Positions 1 to 8,615 of a DNA stretch of 64,000 nucleotides are shown here, piece after piece (position 1 is the stretch's first letter; every line of letters starts with the position of its first letter). This stretch comes from Methylophilaceae bacterium (lineage in GTDB: Bacteria > Pseudomonadota > Gammaproteobacteria > Burkholderiales > Methylophilaceae): the NCBI GenBank assembly GCA_049662045.1, contig JBATAW010000017.1, forward strand, positions 30,431 through 94,430. Reading direction: 5' to 3'. The position numbers and the translations under genes are program-made. The notes under the pieces were generated by a model, which saw nothing but the letters and a program-made list of their open reading frames with translations, made no database searches and was not told where the DNA came from.

Positions 1-521
1 TTGACCAAGCGGTCATGCAACGCCATGGTCAAACTGGCGGAATGGGCCTGATCCTAGCTGCGCTGCCTGAGCATCACCACCTGTTCCGCTCGGTCAGCAA
101 AAACCCGTTGCTACTGAAAGAGACCTTGGACGTGAATCCCGATGCTATCTCGCTCGACGTATTACGTGAGCGCGCTTGGCAACTGATTCAGCCGTATTTC
201 TTAGATCGCTTGGCGGGTTTGGTCGACGCCTACGGCGCCGCTACTGGCAAAGCTCTGGGGTCGGATACACTGGGCGACATTGCCAAAGCCGCATGGGAGG
301 GACGCGTGGCGACTTTATTGATTGAAGCTGACAGAATTATTCCAGGTCATATCAACACCGTCACAGGCAAAGTGACCACTGGTCAGCTAGACGACCCAGA
401 GATGGATGATCTGCTCGATGATGTAGGCGAGCTGGTGCTAAGGGCGGGTGGTGATGTAGTCATGGTTCCTACCGAGCGCATGCCTACCACCACGGGTGTG
501 GCGGCAGTCTATCGATTTTGA
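1..521 (+). CDS. baeRF3-like (bacterial archaeo-eukaryotic release-factor-like) protein, C-terminal part; 5' end lies outside the window
   Basis: The frame is open from nt 3 with no stop before the listed Met at 15, so the gene starts upstream of the window. The tail DDLLDDVGELVLRAGGDVVMVPTERMPTTTGVAAVYRF matches the conserved C-terminus of baeRF3-family proteins as I recall it. Hand-counted GC of the first 60 nt is about 57%, above the rest of the window. Confidence 0.5.
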   Translation, partial: DQAVMQRHGQTGGMGLILAALPEHHHLFRSVSKNPLLLKETLDVNPDAISLDVLRERAWQLIQPYFLDRLAGLVDAYGAATGKALGSDTLGDIAKAAWEGRVATLLIEADRIIPGHINTVTGKVTTGQLDDPEMDDLLDDVGELVLRAGGDVVMVPTERMPTTTGVAAVYRF

Positions 522-728
522 ATACTATCTAACGGCAGGTAGCCTGGTGATTTTTAAATCAACGTGGAGGATGAAGCCAATGAGGTTAGCTGCACTAGCT
601 CAGATCTCATTGATGCTTATTCTTGCATCAGATTTATCTTAACATTTTTAGCTTTTAATTGAAGCCGCACCTAAATAGCATTTGCCTTTATAATTTAAGC
701 TCTTAATTTCCAATCATTTTAGAAAGTC

Positions 729-1106
729 ATGACCATGAAAGTGATTCAAACTCCCAACGCCCCAGCAGCCATTGGCCCTTATGCGCAAGGGATTGCAATT
801 GGCAATTTTTTATTTACTTCTGGACAAATTCCACTTCGGCCAGATGGCACGCTTAATGACGGCGATATTACCGTGCAAACAACGCAGGTATTATCTAACT
901 TAAAAGGCGTGGTTGAAGCGGCAGGTGCCAGTTTAGATAAAGTGGTTAAAACCACGGTTTATTTGAAGAGTTTAGATGATTTTGTGTCCATGAATAAAGT
1001 CTATGGTGAGACTTTTGGCAGCCACACCCCCGCACGCTCAACGGTGCAAGTGGCTAAATTGCCACGCGATGTGTTGGTTGAAATTGAAGCGATAGTCGCT
1101 TTGTGA
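729..1106 (+). CDS. ridA: RidA/YjgF-family reactive enamine/imine deaminase
   Basis: 125 aa. Typical RidA N-terminus APAAIGPYAQGI...FTSGQIP and C-terminal ARSTVQVAKLPRDVLVEIEAIV. Confidence 0.9.
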   Translation: MTMKVIQTPNAPAAIGPYAQGIAIGNFLFTSGQIPLRPDGTLNDGDITVQTTQVLSNLKGVVEAAGASLDKVVKTTVYLKSLDDFVSMNKVYGETFGSHTPARSTVQVAKLPRDVLVEIEAIVAL

Positions 1107-1131
1107 TTGTAGCTTTGTAGTATATTGCTTT

Positions 1132-1148
1132 GCAATATCAAGCTTAAT
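1132..1148. terminator. Weak AT-rich hairpin between convergent ridA and the aminotransferase gene
   Basis: ATATTGC-ttt-GCAATAT, a 7-bp stem in the 53-nt convergent spacer. There is no clear U-tract on either side. Confidence 0.25.
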
Positions 1149-1159
1149 AGCTTAAGCCG

Positions 1160-2518
1160 CTAATCTTGTACGGTGAGTTCTTTTAGGCAGTCAGTAAAAT
1201 TTGTCACCAGTTTGGTGACATCCGCCCGTGTGGTGGATGGGCAGATCAACATCATGTTGTGAAAAGGCGTGAGCAATACACCGCGATTAAGCAAATATAA
1301 GTGAATGGCGTTTTCTAAAGTTTCATTTTGCGCAGCGCGCGCTTGAGCGGCGTTTTTGGGCGCTGTTTCGCAAAATTGCAGCTCAAGTCTTGCGCCCATG
1401 CGTGAAATTTGCCACGGTAACGTAAATGCGTTAATGGCGTTAAATAATGCATCTTCTAAATGCTTTGCTAGCGCTAGCATGTGTTCATAGGCGGCTTTTG
1501 TTGCTACTTCGGTTAAAGTAGCGTGTATGGCGGCAAGCGTCATCATGTTGCCCGATAATGTGGTGCCAATGCCAGAGTGCCCAGCAGGCGCGGCATCTTT
1601 AGCGGTTTGCATGCGCGCTGCCATGGCCGCGCTAAAACCATAAGCGGCAGCGGGTAGGCCACCCGCAATCGGTTTGCCCACCACGATAAAGTCTGGCGTA
1701 ATATTGTTCGCTTTTGCCCAGCCACCATGCGCGGTTGAAATGGTATGTGTTTCATCTAATATCAATAAGGTGTCGTATTTTGTGCAAAGCTTGCGTAAGT
1801 TTTCAATAAAGCCAGCTTTGGGTAATACCATACCGCAATTGGTTAACGCAGGCTCTGTGAGAAGGGCTGCAAACTCGCCACTTGCTAAGGCTTGCTCTAC
1901 AACGTTTAAGTCATTAAATGGTAGGGCAACGGTGTGTAAGCCTAAGTCGTACACTTGGCCGAGCAAGCTCGCACGGTTTTCAGTTTTGTCGCCCACAACA
2001 TCCACCATGGTGTCATCTACCGTACCATGATAACAGCCATCAAATACCAATAATTTTTGACGGTTAGTCACCGCACGCGCCCACCTTAAAACAAAACGAT
2101 TTGCATCTGTTGCGGTGGTGGCAAGTTGCCAAAAGGCTAAGCCAAAAAAATTTTCTAACGCTTTGCCCACCGCAGGGGCTAATGTCGATGGCAACATAGT
2201 GGTAAAGCCTTGATTGGCTTGTGCTGTAATGGCCTGCGCCACAGCGTGCGGACTATGCCCAAACATTGCGCCTGTATCGCCTAAGCAAAAGTCGGTGTAG
2301 TCTATATCATCTGCACACCAAAAATGCGCCCCTTGTGCATGGCTAACAAACAGGGGAGTAGGTGATCCCCAATCGTTCATCCAGTGCATAGGCACACCAT
2401 ATAAAAAATGCTGGCTTGTGCCTTTAGCTAGTTTTGCTGAGTTTGGATGTAACGTTAAAAAACGCGCACGTTCATTAGTTAAAATACGTGCTGCATTACT
2501 ATTAATAAGCGGATTCAT
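1160..2518 (-). CDS. Class-III PLP-dependent aminotransferase (glutamate-1-semialdehyde aminomutase-like)
   Basis: 452 aa. Fold-type-I class III signatures LILDETHT and VVGKPIAGGLP (PLP-lysine context). Substrate cannot be assigned by eye. Confidence 0.8.
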   Translation of the reverse strand: MNPLINSNAARILTNERARFLTLHPNSAKLAKGTSQHFLYGVPMHWMNDWGSPTPLFVSHAQGAHFWCADDIDYTDFCLGDTGAMFGHSPHAVAQAITAQANQGFTTMLPSTLAPAVGKALENFFGLAFWQLATTATDANRFVLRWARAVTNRQKLLVFDGCYHGTVDDTMVDVVGDKTENRASLLGQVYDLGLHTVALPFNDLNVVEQALASGEFAALLTEPALTNCGMVLPKAGFIENLRKLCTKYDTLLILDETHTISTAHGGWAKANNITPDFIVVGKPIAGGLPAAAYGFSAAMAARMQTAKDAAPAGHSGIGTTLSGNMMTLAAIHATLTEVATKAAYEHMLALAKHLEDALFNAINAFTLPWQISRMGARLELQFCETAPKNAAQARAAQNETLENAIHLYLLNRGVLLTPFHNMMLICPSTTRADVTKLVTNFTDCLKELTVQD

Positions 2519-2830
2519 CGGTTATATAAAGCTCACTAGTGGTTTAAGATTTTGTATCATTAAATATTACTTTAAGCCCAACATTGCTACAATATTTTAC
2601 CTATAATGCGCATTAAACACATAACAATTATGAGGCACTTTTAAAGAATCATGCATTTGCTTATTTATCGACGAGTGGTTTTTTAATCGTACCCACCATC
2701 TTTTTTTTGATATATGGATGTTACATATTTGCGTTATCATTGAAATCAGCAAAACTTTTATTAAAAAAACAGGAAAAATAACATGCGTAATAAAGCACCA
2801 ACTAATTCGGAATACAAACAAAGCAATATC

Positions 2831-3322
2831 ATGACCAAGATTTTATTTGGCAGCCGTTGGTTGCAACTACCACTTTATTTGGGTTTAATTGTTGCCCAAG
2901 CCGTTTATGTGTTCTTTTTTGGTGTTGAGTTAACACACTTAGTTGCCACGGCTAATAAAATTACTGAAGCAGACATTATGCTTATTGTATTAGGGCTAAT
3001 TGACGTGGTGATGATTTCAAATTTACTGATTATGGTGATTGTAGGCGGTTATGAAACCTTTGTTTCGCGTCTTTACCTTGAAGGGCATCCTGATGAGCCA
3101 GGCTGGCTATCGCATGTGAATGCTAATTTGCTCAAAGTAAAATTAGCGACTGCAATTATTGGCATTTCATCCATTCACCTATTAAAAACCTTTATCAATG
3201 CGCAAAACCTAAGCGATAAAGTGCTGATTTCGCAAACGGTGATTCACATGACGTTCGTATTTTCAGCTGTAGCCATCGCCTATATTGATAAATTGATGGC
3301 GCCCTCACAGGTGCATCATTAA
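2831..3322 (+). CDS. yqhA: UPF0114 family inner-membrane protein YqhA
   Basis: Colinear with E. coli YqhA from SRWLQLPLYLGL through GGYETFVS and SSIHLLKTF. I chose the start at MTKILFG (2831) rather than the track Met at 2783. Confidence 0.8.
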   Translation: MTKILFGSRWLQLPLYLGLIVAQAVYVFFFGVELTHLVATANKITEADIMLIVLGLIDVVMISNLLIMVIVGGYETFVSRLYLEGHPDEPGWLSHVNANLLKVKLATAIIGISSIHLLKTFINAQNLSDKVLISQTVIHMTFVFSAVAIAYIDKLMAPSQVHH

Positions 3323-3331
3323 AGCTTTCAC

Positions 3332-4648
3332 ATGCTTGCCAACGATTTAAAACTCACGCAAAACTCTTATTACGCCGCGAGTGCAAATCTACAGGCAAGT
3401 TATCCCACCTTACAGGGCGATATTGAAGCGGATGTTTGTGTGGTGGGTGGCGGCTTTGCGGGGCTATCTGCGGCAATAGCGTTAGCGGATCGCGGTTACA
3501 AAGTGGTGGTGTTAGAGGCGCATCATATTGGCTTTGGCGCGAGTGGGCGCAATGGCGGGCAGCTCATTGCTGGGTTGGCGTGTGAACAAGATGTGATTGA
3601 AAACGCCATTGGGTTGCAAGCCGCTAAACAAGTGTGGGATATGTCTCTTGAAGCCTTAAAATTGGTGCATGAACGCGTCAAGCGGTTTGATATTCAGTGT
3701 GATTTAACCGCTGGCTTTATGGGGGTAGCGGTCAATGCTAAAAAAACCACTCAGCTAAACCAATGGCTAGACGGCATGGCGCAGCGTTATGGCTATGATG
3801 TAGAACGCATTACGCCCAACGATGTTAGCCAATGGATAGGCAGCCCGCGTTATCACAGTGGTTATTATGATAAAAGTGGTGGGCACCTGCACCCACTCAA
3901 TTATTGCCTAGGTTTGGCAAAAGGCGCAGCCAGCTTAGGCGTGCAGACTTTTACACAATCAGCCGTTACCAGCTTACGGCAAGGTGAAACAGCGCAATTA
4001 ACCACGGCAAATGGGCTGGTTAAAGCTAAATTTGTCGTGTTGGCGGGTAATATGTATTTGCCAGAAATATCGCCAACATTAGCGCCTAGCTTAAACAAAC
4101 GCATTATGCCAGTCGGCACCTATATTATTGCCACTGAGCCAATAGATGCGCACTTAGCCGCAACTTTAATCCCTAGTAACGCCGCGATATGCGACACAAA
4201 TTTTATATTAGATTATTTTAGATTTTCGGCTAATAACGCAAAAAACAAGCCTCGTTTGATTTATGGCGGGCGTGTGAGCTATAGCGCCATGACGCCCTAT
4301 AAGCTCACGGGCAAAATGCAAGCGCGCATGGCTGAAACCTTTCCACAACTTAAAAATACTAAAGTGGAATACACTTGGGGTGGCTTTGTGGACATCACCA
4401 TGAACCGCGCACCAGACTTTGGGCGTGTTGCCAACAACGTTTATTATTTGCAAGGCTTTTCTGGCCACGGCGTTGCGCTAACCGGCTTGGCAGGGCAGTT
4501 GGTCGCCGAAGCCATTGCTGGGCAATCGCAGCGCTTAGATGTGTTTGCGAAAATTAAACACCATGATTTTCAAGGTGGAAAATGGCTACGCACACCAGCG
4601 CTTGTGCTGGGCATGGCATGGTATCAATTACGCGATGTGCTGGGTTGA
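3332..4648 (+). CDS. puuB: FAD-dependent gamma-glutamylputrescine oxidoreductase (PuuB-like)
   Basis: 438 aa. N-terminal dinucleotide fold DVCVVGGGFAGLSAA, DAO-family length, and location inside the puu/pot/gab cluster. Confidence 0.8.
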   Translation: MLANDLKLTQNSYYAASANLQASYPTLQGDIEADVCVVGGGFAGLSAAIALADRGYKVVVLEAHHIGFGASGRNGGQLIAGLACEQDVIENAIGLQAAKQVWDMSLEALKLVHERVKRFDIQCDLTAGFMGVAVNAKKTTQLNQWLDGMAQRYGYDVERITPNDVSQWIGSPRYHSGYYDKSGGHLHPLNYCLGLAKGAASLGVQTFTQSAVTSLRQGETAQLTTANGLVKAKFVVLAGNMYLPEISPTLAPSLNKRIMPVGTYIIATEPIDAHLAATLIPSNAAICDTNFILDYFRFSANNAKNKPRLIYGGRVSYSAMTPYKLTGKMQARMAETFPQLKNTKVEYTWGGFVDITMNRAPDFGRVANNVYYLQGFSGHGVALTGLAGQLVAEAIAGQSQRLDVFAKIKHHDFQGGKWLRTPALVLGMAWYQLRDVLG

Positions 4649-4700
4649 ATTTGCCATTAAACAAAACTAAAATTAGCGCATAAGTAGCCAATAAAATACA

Positions 4701-4764
4701 CGAGAAAATTTTATGCCTCTGCGAGCCGCACTGCAGGCGGCTCACAGGGCATCGAAATAAGATG
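4701..4764 (+). repeat. REP/MITE-like element, short class, copy 1
   Basis: CGAGAAAATTTTATGCC...GAGCCGC-actgcag-GCGGCTC...GGCATCGAAATAAGATG. It shares both arms with the copy at 15879-15942 and sits 52 nt after the puuB stop. Confidence 0.85.
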
Positions 4765-4908
4765 AAGGTATTTTTAGGCTAAAATGGGTATTTTTAAGTA
4801 GGTAAAATACGTGATAGGTATACCCAATATTTTTATCTTTGATGAGACGCTAACCTCGATTATCACATATCATCAGGTAGGAGTTGATGACAAAGATAAA
4901 ATGCAAAT

Positions 4909-5049
4909 ATGCTTGAAAATAAGTTAAATGACGATATGAACAATCAAAAAACAAAACAAGAGCATGATGAAATAGTCAGAGGTAGTCAATTAGTTGAGAC
5001 TGAACCCGTTGATTTTTGTCAAACCTCCCCTAATGAATTAGCAACATGA
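4909..5049 (+). CDS. Possible 46-aa leader ORF translationally coupled to the Sel1-repeat ORF
   Basis: Read by hand: MLENKLNDDMNNQKTKQEHDEIVRGSQLVETEPVDFCQTSPNELAT. Its TGA overlaps the ATG at 5046 (ATGA). No homology recognised. It is too short for the supplied ORF track. Confidence 0.25.
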   Translation: MLENKLNDDMNNQKTKQEHDEIVRGSQLVETEPVDFCQTSPNELAT

Positions 5050-5870
5050 AATATCTACAGTTGATTGAGGGCTACGGCCCAAAAAAACTTAGTGAGGACG
5101 GCTGGCCGTTTGATCGTCTATGCACTGCGTATGACTACTTCGGTAGAAATCGAATTGAAAGCAAGAGCATAAAGAAACTGATGATTCATTTTGTTGAGTC
5201 GAAAGGCAATAATGCGCCTAATCCGTTACTTGGCGTCTTGAGTAAGTTTGAAACAGTTAGCGAACCTCGTACATTAGTACAGATCGAGCGCGCACAGGAT
5301 AAATTCAGGTTTTGCTTTCCCTACTTACAGACTGCGATGCAGCAGTTTGCTGCAGACTACTGCGGTACGCCCGCTGCGGTTGATCAATTAAATGACGAAA
5401 TTTTGTCTACTAACTTTATTTTTGGAGGCTGTGTAACCAAGAGTAAAAATAAGAACGCTATAGTCAGTCTCAATTGGTCGCTTGAGCGCGAGCTTCGATA
5501 CGCGGTCGAAATTCAGACTGGGGGTGACAAGATTCACATACCAGTTGCACAGCTTCAGGTGCGCGTGATTAATCACAAGAAAATATTCTCAAAAATTCAG
5601 TACATTGATGAGAGCATCAGGATTGATCGTCCTGGAACTAAAGATTATTGGCTAATCGACTTGAAGACAGGTGGCGTCGATTTTCATTTAGACAGGGCGG
5701 CACAAGGCAACGCACACGGCCAATATGATTTGGCTCAAATATATTGGACTGGCGTACTAGTTCCGAAAGATGTTGAAAAGGCTATTTATTGGCTTGAACT
5801 CGCTGCGCTACAAAAGTTTCAACGAGCACAGGCACTGATTGAAAAAATCTTGTCCGAAACAGGCACTTAA
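5046..5870 (+). CDS. Orphan protein with an unknown N-terminal domain and one C-terminal Sel1-like (SLR) repeat
   Basis: 274 aa. The segment GNAHGQYDLAQIYWTGVLVPKDVEKAIYWLELAA fits the Sel1 repeat consensus. The first ~220 aa match nothing I recognise. The gene lies in an insert that splits puuB from puuD. Confidence 0.6.
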   Translation: MKYLQLIEGYGPKKLSEDGWPFDRLCTAYDYFGRNRIESKSIKKLMIHFVESKGNNAPNPLLGVLSKFETVSEPRTLVQIERAQDKFRFCFPYLQTAMQQFAADYCGTPAAVDQLNDEILSTNFIFGGCVTKSKNKNAIVSLNWSLERELRYAVEIQTGGDKIHIPVAQLQVRVINHKKIFSKIQYIDESIRIDRPGTKDYWLIDLKTGGVDFHLDRAAQGNAHGQYDLAQIYWTGVLVPKDVEKAIYWLELAALQKFQRAQALIEKILSETGT

Positions 5871-5989
5871 TTTGACACTGGGCGGGTTCAAGACCTAAAT
5901 TCGTAAGCAGCCAACACCGCCCCAAGCTAGCGTAGCGTGGGCAGTTAGGTTAGTGATGAATTTGTGAAGCCCAACCTTTATAACTTAGT

Positions 5990-6025
5990 ATGGCGTGGTA
6001 TCAATTGCGCGATGCGCTAGGTTAA
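5990..6025 (+). pseudogene. Relic second copy of the last 11 codons plus stop of puuB
   Basis: ATGGCGTGGTATCAATTGCGCGATGCGCTAGGTTAA versus puuB 4613-4648 ATGGCATGGTATCAATTACGCGATGTGCTGGGTTGA. That is 31/36 identical and in frame (MAWYQLRDALG* versus MAWYQLRDVLG*). No similarity is visible upstream of 5990. Confidence 0.8.
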
Positions 6026-6044
6026 TTAGTGCCGATAGAATGTC

Positions 6045-6166
6045 CGAGAAAATTTTATGCCGCTTTACCCGCAAGGGGCATCACCATTCTCGCTAAATGC
6101 TAGCGCATTAAGTCGAATGTGATAAGCCAGTATCTAAGCGGCTTGCAGGACATCGAAATAATGTGG
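6045..6166 (+). repeat. REP/MITE-like element, long class, copy A
   Basis: Same terminal arms as the short class (CGAGAAAATTTTATGCC ... CATCGAAATAATG) with a ~60-nt internal insert. It is homologous along its full length to 51258-51380. Confidence 0.85.
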
Positions 6167-6376
6167 GCTAAAAATTAATCTTTTTATAATCTCTTTTGTC
6201 AATGTAACTTCGCTGTATATTTTATAGTTTTTGTGCGTTAAATCGCTTGCTTGAGTAGTGCTTACAAGGGTAGTATGTGCTTGAGCGTGTGGAAATAATT
6301 TCTGCCCAATTAAATAAAATAAAGAGACTTGAAGTAAATAGTAACGGTGTGATTGTTACTAACCAGTAGCCTAGCT

Positions 6377-7150
6377 ATGAAAACCAAGCATAAAAAACCC
6401 GTTGTTTTATTGCCAGCAGATGTGAAACAGCTAGGCGATTACCCCTTTCACGCAGTGGGGCAGAAATATATTTTAGCCGTCGCTGATGCCGCTGAAGCCA
6501 CTCCACTATTAATCCCCGCGATTGCCGATGCTTTAGACATTGATGATCTCATCGCGTTAGCGGATGGCATTGTGCTTACGGGTTCAGTCTCTAATTTACA
6601 TCCCTCACATTTTGGTCAAACAGTGCTTGACCCAGCCTTACCGCTTGACCCTGCGCGGGATGCCTTAACTTTAAAGCTGATTCATGCGGCGATAGAAAAT
6701 AGCGTGCCTTTATTAGCGATTTGTCGTGGATTTCAAGAGCTAAACGTGGCGTATGGGGGTAGTTTGCACCAAGCGGTTCATACGGTAACTGGCTTGAATG
6801 ACCATCGTGAAGATAAAGATGCCATTATGGAAGCGCAATATGCAACAGCGCATGCGGTGCATTTAACGCAAGACGGCAAATTGGCCTATATTGTTAAGTC
6901 AGACAAAATGCTGGTGAACTCTTTACATGGGCAAGGGATTGATAAGTTAGGCCTAGATTTAACCATTGAAGCCACCTCGCCTGATGGCTTAATTGAGGCA
7001 ATTTCTGTTAACCATGCGCAAACATTTGCTTTGGGTGTGCAGTGGCATCCTGAGTGGCTGGTCATGGATAATCCGCAATATTTAGCTATTTTTAGAGCGT
7101 TTGGTGCGGCTTGCAAATTAAGAATGCGACGTCACGAACCACCTGATTAA
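6377..7150 (+). CDS. puuD: Gamma-glutamyl-gamma-aminobutyrate hydrolase (peptidase C26, class-I amidotransferase-like)
   Basis: Nucleophile elbow LAICRGFQELNV and the His motif GVQWHPE. I chose the ATG at 6377 (MKTKHKK) over the TTG at 6353. Confidence 0.9.
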   Translation: MKTKHKKPVVLLPADVKQLGDYPFHAVGQKYILAVADAAEATPLLIPAIADALDIDDLIALADGIVLTGSVSNLHPSHFGQTVLDPALPLDPARDALTLKLIHAAIENSVPLLAICRGFQELNVAYGGSLHQAVHTVTGLNDHREDKDAIMEAQYATAHAVHLTQDGKLAYIVKSDKMLVNSLHGQGIDKLGLDLTIEATSPDGLIEAISVNHAQTFALGVQWHPEWLVMDNPQYLAIFRAFGAACKLRMRRHEPPD

Positions 7151-7210
7151 TCGGTTGATGGCTTGTATAGGCAATAAATCAACATTAATTTAGGTGTTTT
7201 GGAGTAAAAA

Positions 7211-8596
7211 ATGACGCAAAAGAATTCGACGCATGCAACAACGGCAAATCATATCGACATGGATAAATGGTTAACCGATAACAATATTACTGAAGTGGAA
7301 TGTTTAGTACCAGACTTAACAGGTGTGGCACGTGGCAAAATTTTACCGCGTGAGAAATTTTCAACAGAGCGAGCAATGCGCTTACCAGAAGCAGTGTTTG
7401 GCATGACGGTGACAGGGGAATCGCCAGAAAATCACGAAGGTTATGACCGTGTATTTGGCTTTACAGATAAAGACATGGTGCTAGTGCCAGACCCAACCAC
7501 TTTACGGGTAGTGCCGTGGGCGCAAGACCCAACTGCGCAAGTGATTATGGATTGCTTTGACCATCAGGGTAAACCGATTGATTTTTCCCCCAGACATGTG
7601 TTGCGTCGTGTAACGCAGTTATACAAAGACTTAGGCTGGACGCCGATTGTTGCGCCAGAGTTAGAGTTTTATTTGCTAGAACGTAATACCAACCCAGATA
7701 TGGCATTAAGCCCACCAGTAGGGCGTAGTGGGCGTAAAGAAACTAGTCGGCAGTTATATAGTATTGATGCGGTGAATGAGTTTGACCCGCTTTTTGAAGA
7801 TATTTATGATTACTGTGACCTAATGGGCTTGGAGTTAGATACCTTGATTCACGAGTTTGGCGCGGGTCAAATGGAAATCAACTTTTTGCATGACGAGCCC
7901 ATGTTGCTGGCCGATAAAACCTTTTTCTTTAAACGTACCTTGCGAGAAGTAGCCATGCGCCATGGCATGTATGCCACTTTTATGGCAAAACCGATGCAAC
8001 ATGAACCAGGCTCTGCCATGCATATCCATCAAAGTGTGGTTGATACTAGTACTGGCCTTAATATTTTTAGCAAGCCAGATGGTGAGGCTTCCCCACTTTT
8101 CTTTAACTATATTGCCGGCTTACAAAAATACCTGCCATCTGCTATGGCTATTCTAGCCCCGTATGTGAATTCATATCGCCGAATTGTCAGAAATGGCGCG
8201 GCACCCATTAATATTGAGTGGGGCTATGATAACCGTACGGTGGGTATTCGCGTGCCTATTTCTGAGCCTGATGCCAGAAGAATAGAAAATCGTGTGGTGG
8301 GTGCGGATGCTAACCCATACCTTGCAATGGCCGTGACGTTGGCATGTGGTTATCTTGGCATAAAAGAAAAACTACAACCGACAGAAGTGACCACAGGCAG
8401 TGCGTATGCCTCAGACTACCAATTACCACGCGGCTTATCTGAGTCTATAAGAGCCTTAGAGGATGCAACGGCACTGCATGAAGTATTAGGTAAAAACTTT
8501 GTTGACGTTTATTTGGCGGTGAAAGATGCTGAGCATGATGAGTTTATGCGCGTGATTAGCCCATGGGAACGCGAACATCTTCTAATGCACGTTTAA
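7211..8596 (+). CDS. puuA: Gamma-glutamylputrescine synthetase (glutamine synthetase type III-like family)
   Basis: 461 aa. GS catalytic-domain motifs (EFGAGQMEIN, SAMHIHQS, NRTVGIRVP). Flanked by puuD and spuC. Confidence 0.9.
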   Translation: MTQKNSTHATTANHIDMDKWLTDNNITEVECLVPDLTGVARGKILPREKFSTERAMRLPEAVFGMTVTGESPENHEGYDRVFGFTDKDMVLVPDPTTLRVVPWAQDPTAQVIMDCFDHQGKPIDFSPRHVLRRVTQLYKDLGWTPIVAPELEFYLLERNTNPDMALSPPVGRSGRKETSRQLYSIDAVNEFDPLFEDIYDYCDLMGLELDTLIHEFGAGQMEINFLHDEPMLLADKTFFFKRTLREVAMRHGMYATFMAKPMQHEPGSAMHIHQSVVDTSTGLNIFSKPDGEASPLFFNYIAGLQKYLPSAMAILAPYVNSYRRIVRNGAAPINIEWGYDNRTVGIRVPISEPDARRIENRVVGADANPYLAMAVTLACGYLGIKEKLQPTEVTTGSAYASDYQLPRGLSESIRALEDATALHEVLGKNFVDVYLAVKDAEHDEFMRVISPWEREHLLMHV

Positions 8597-8615
8597 CCGA
8601 TTGATAGAGATAATT

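Noticed and set aside
2418-2821. Short ORFs (2418-2606 +, 2597-2821 -) in the spacer between the aminotransferase gene and yqhA.
   Set aside because: This is a very AT-rich divergent promoter region. The ORFs are hydrophobic and low-complexity, with no start signals.
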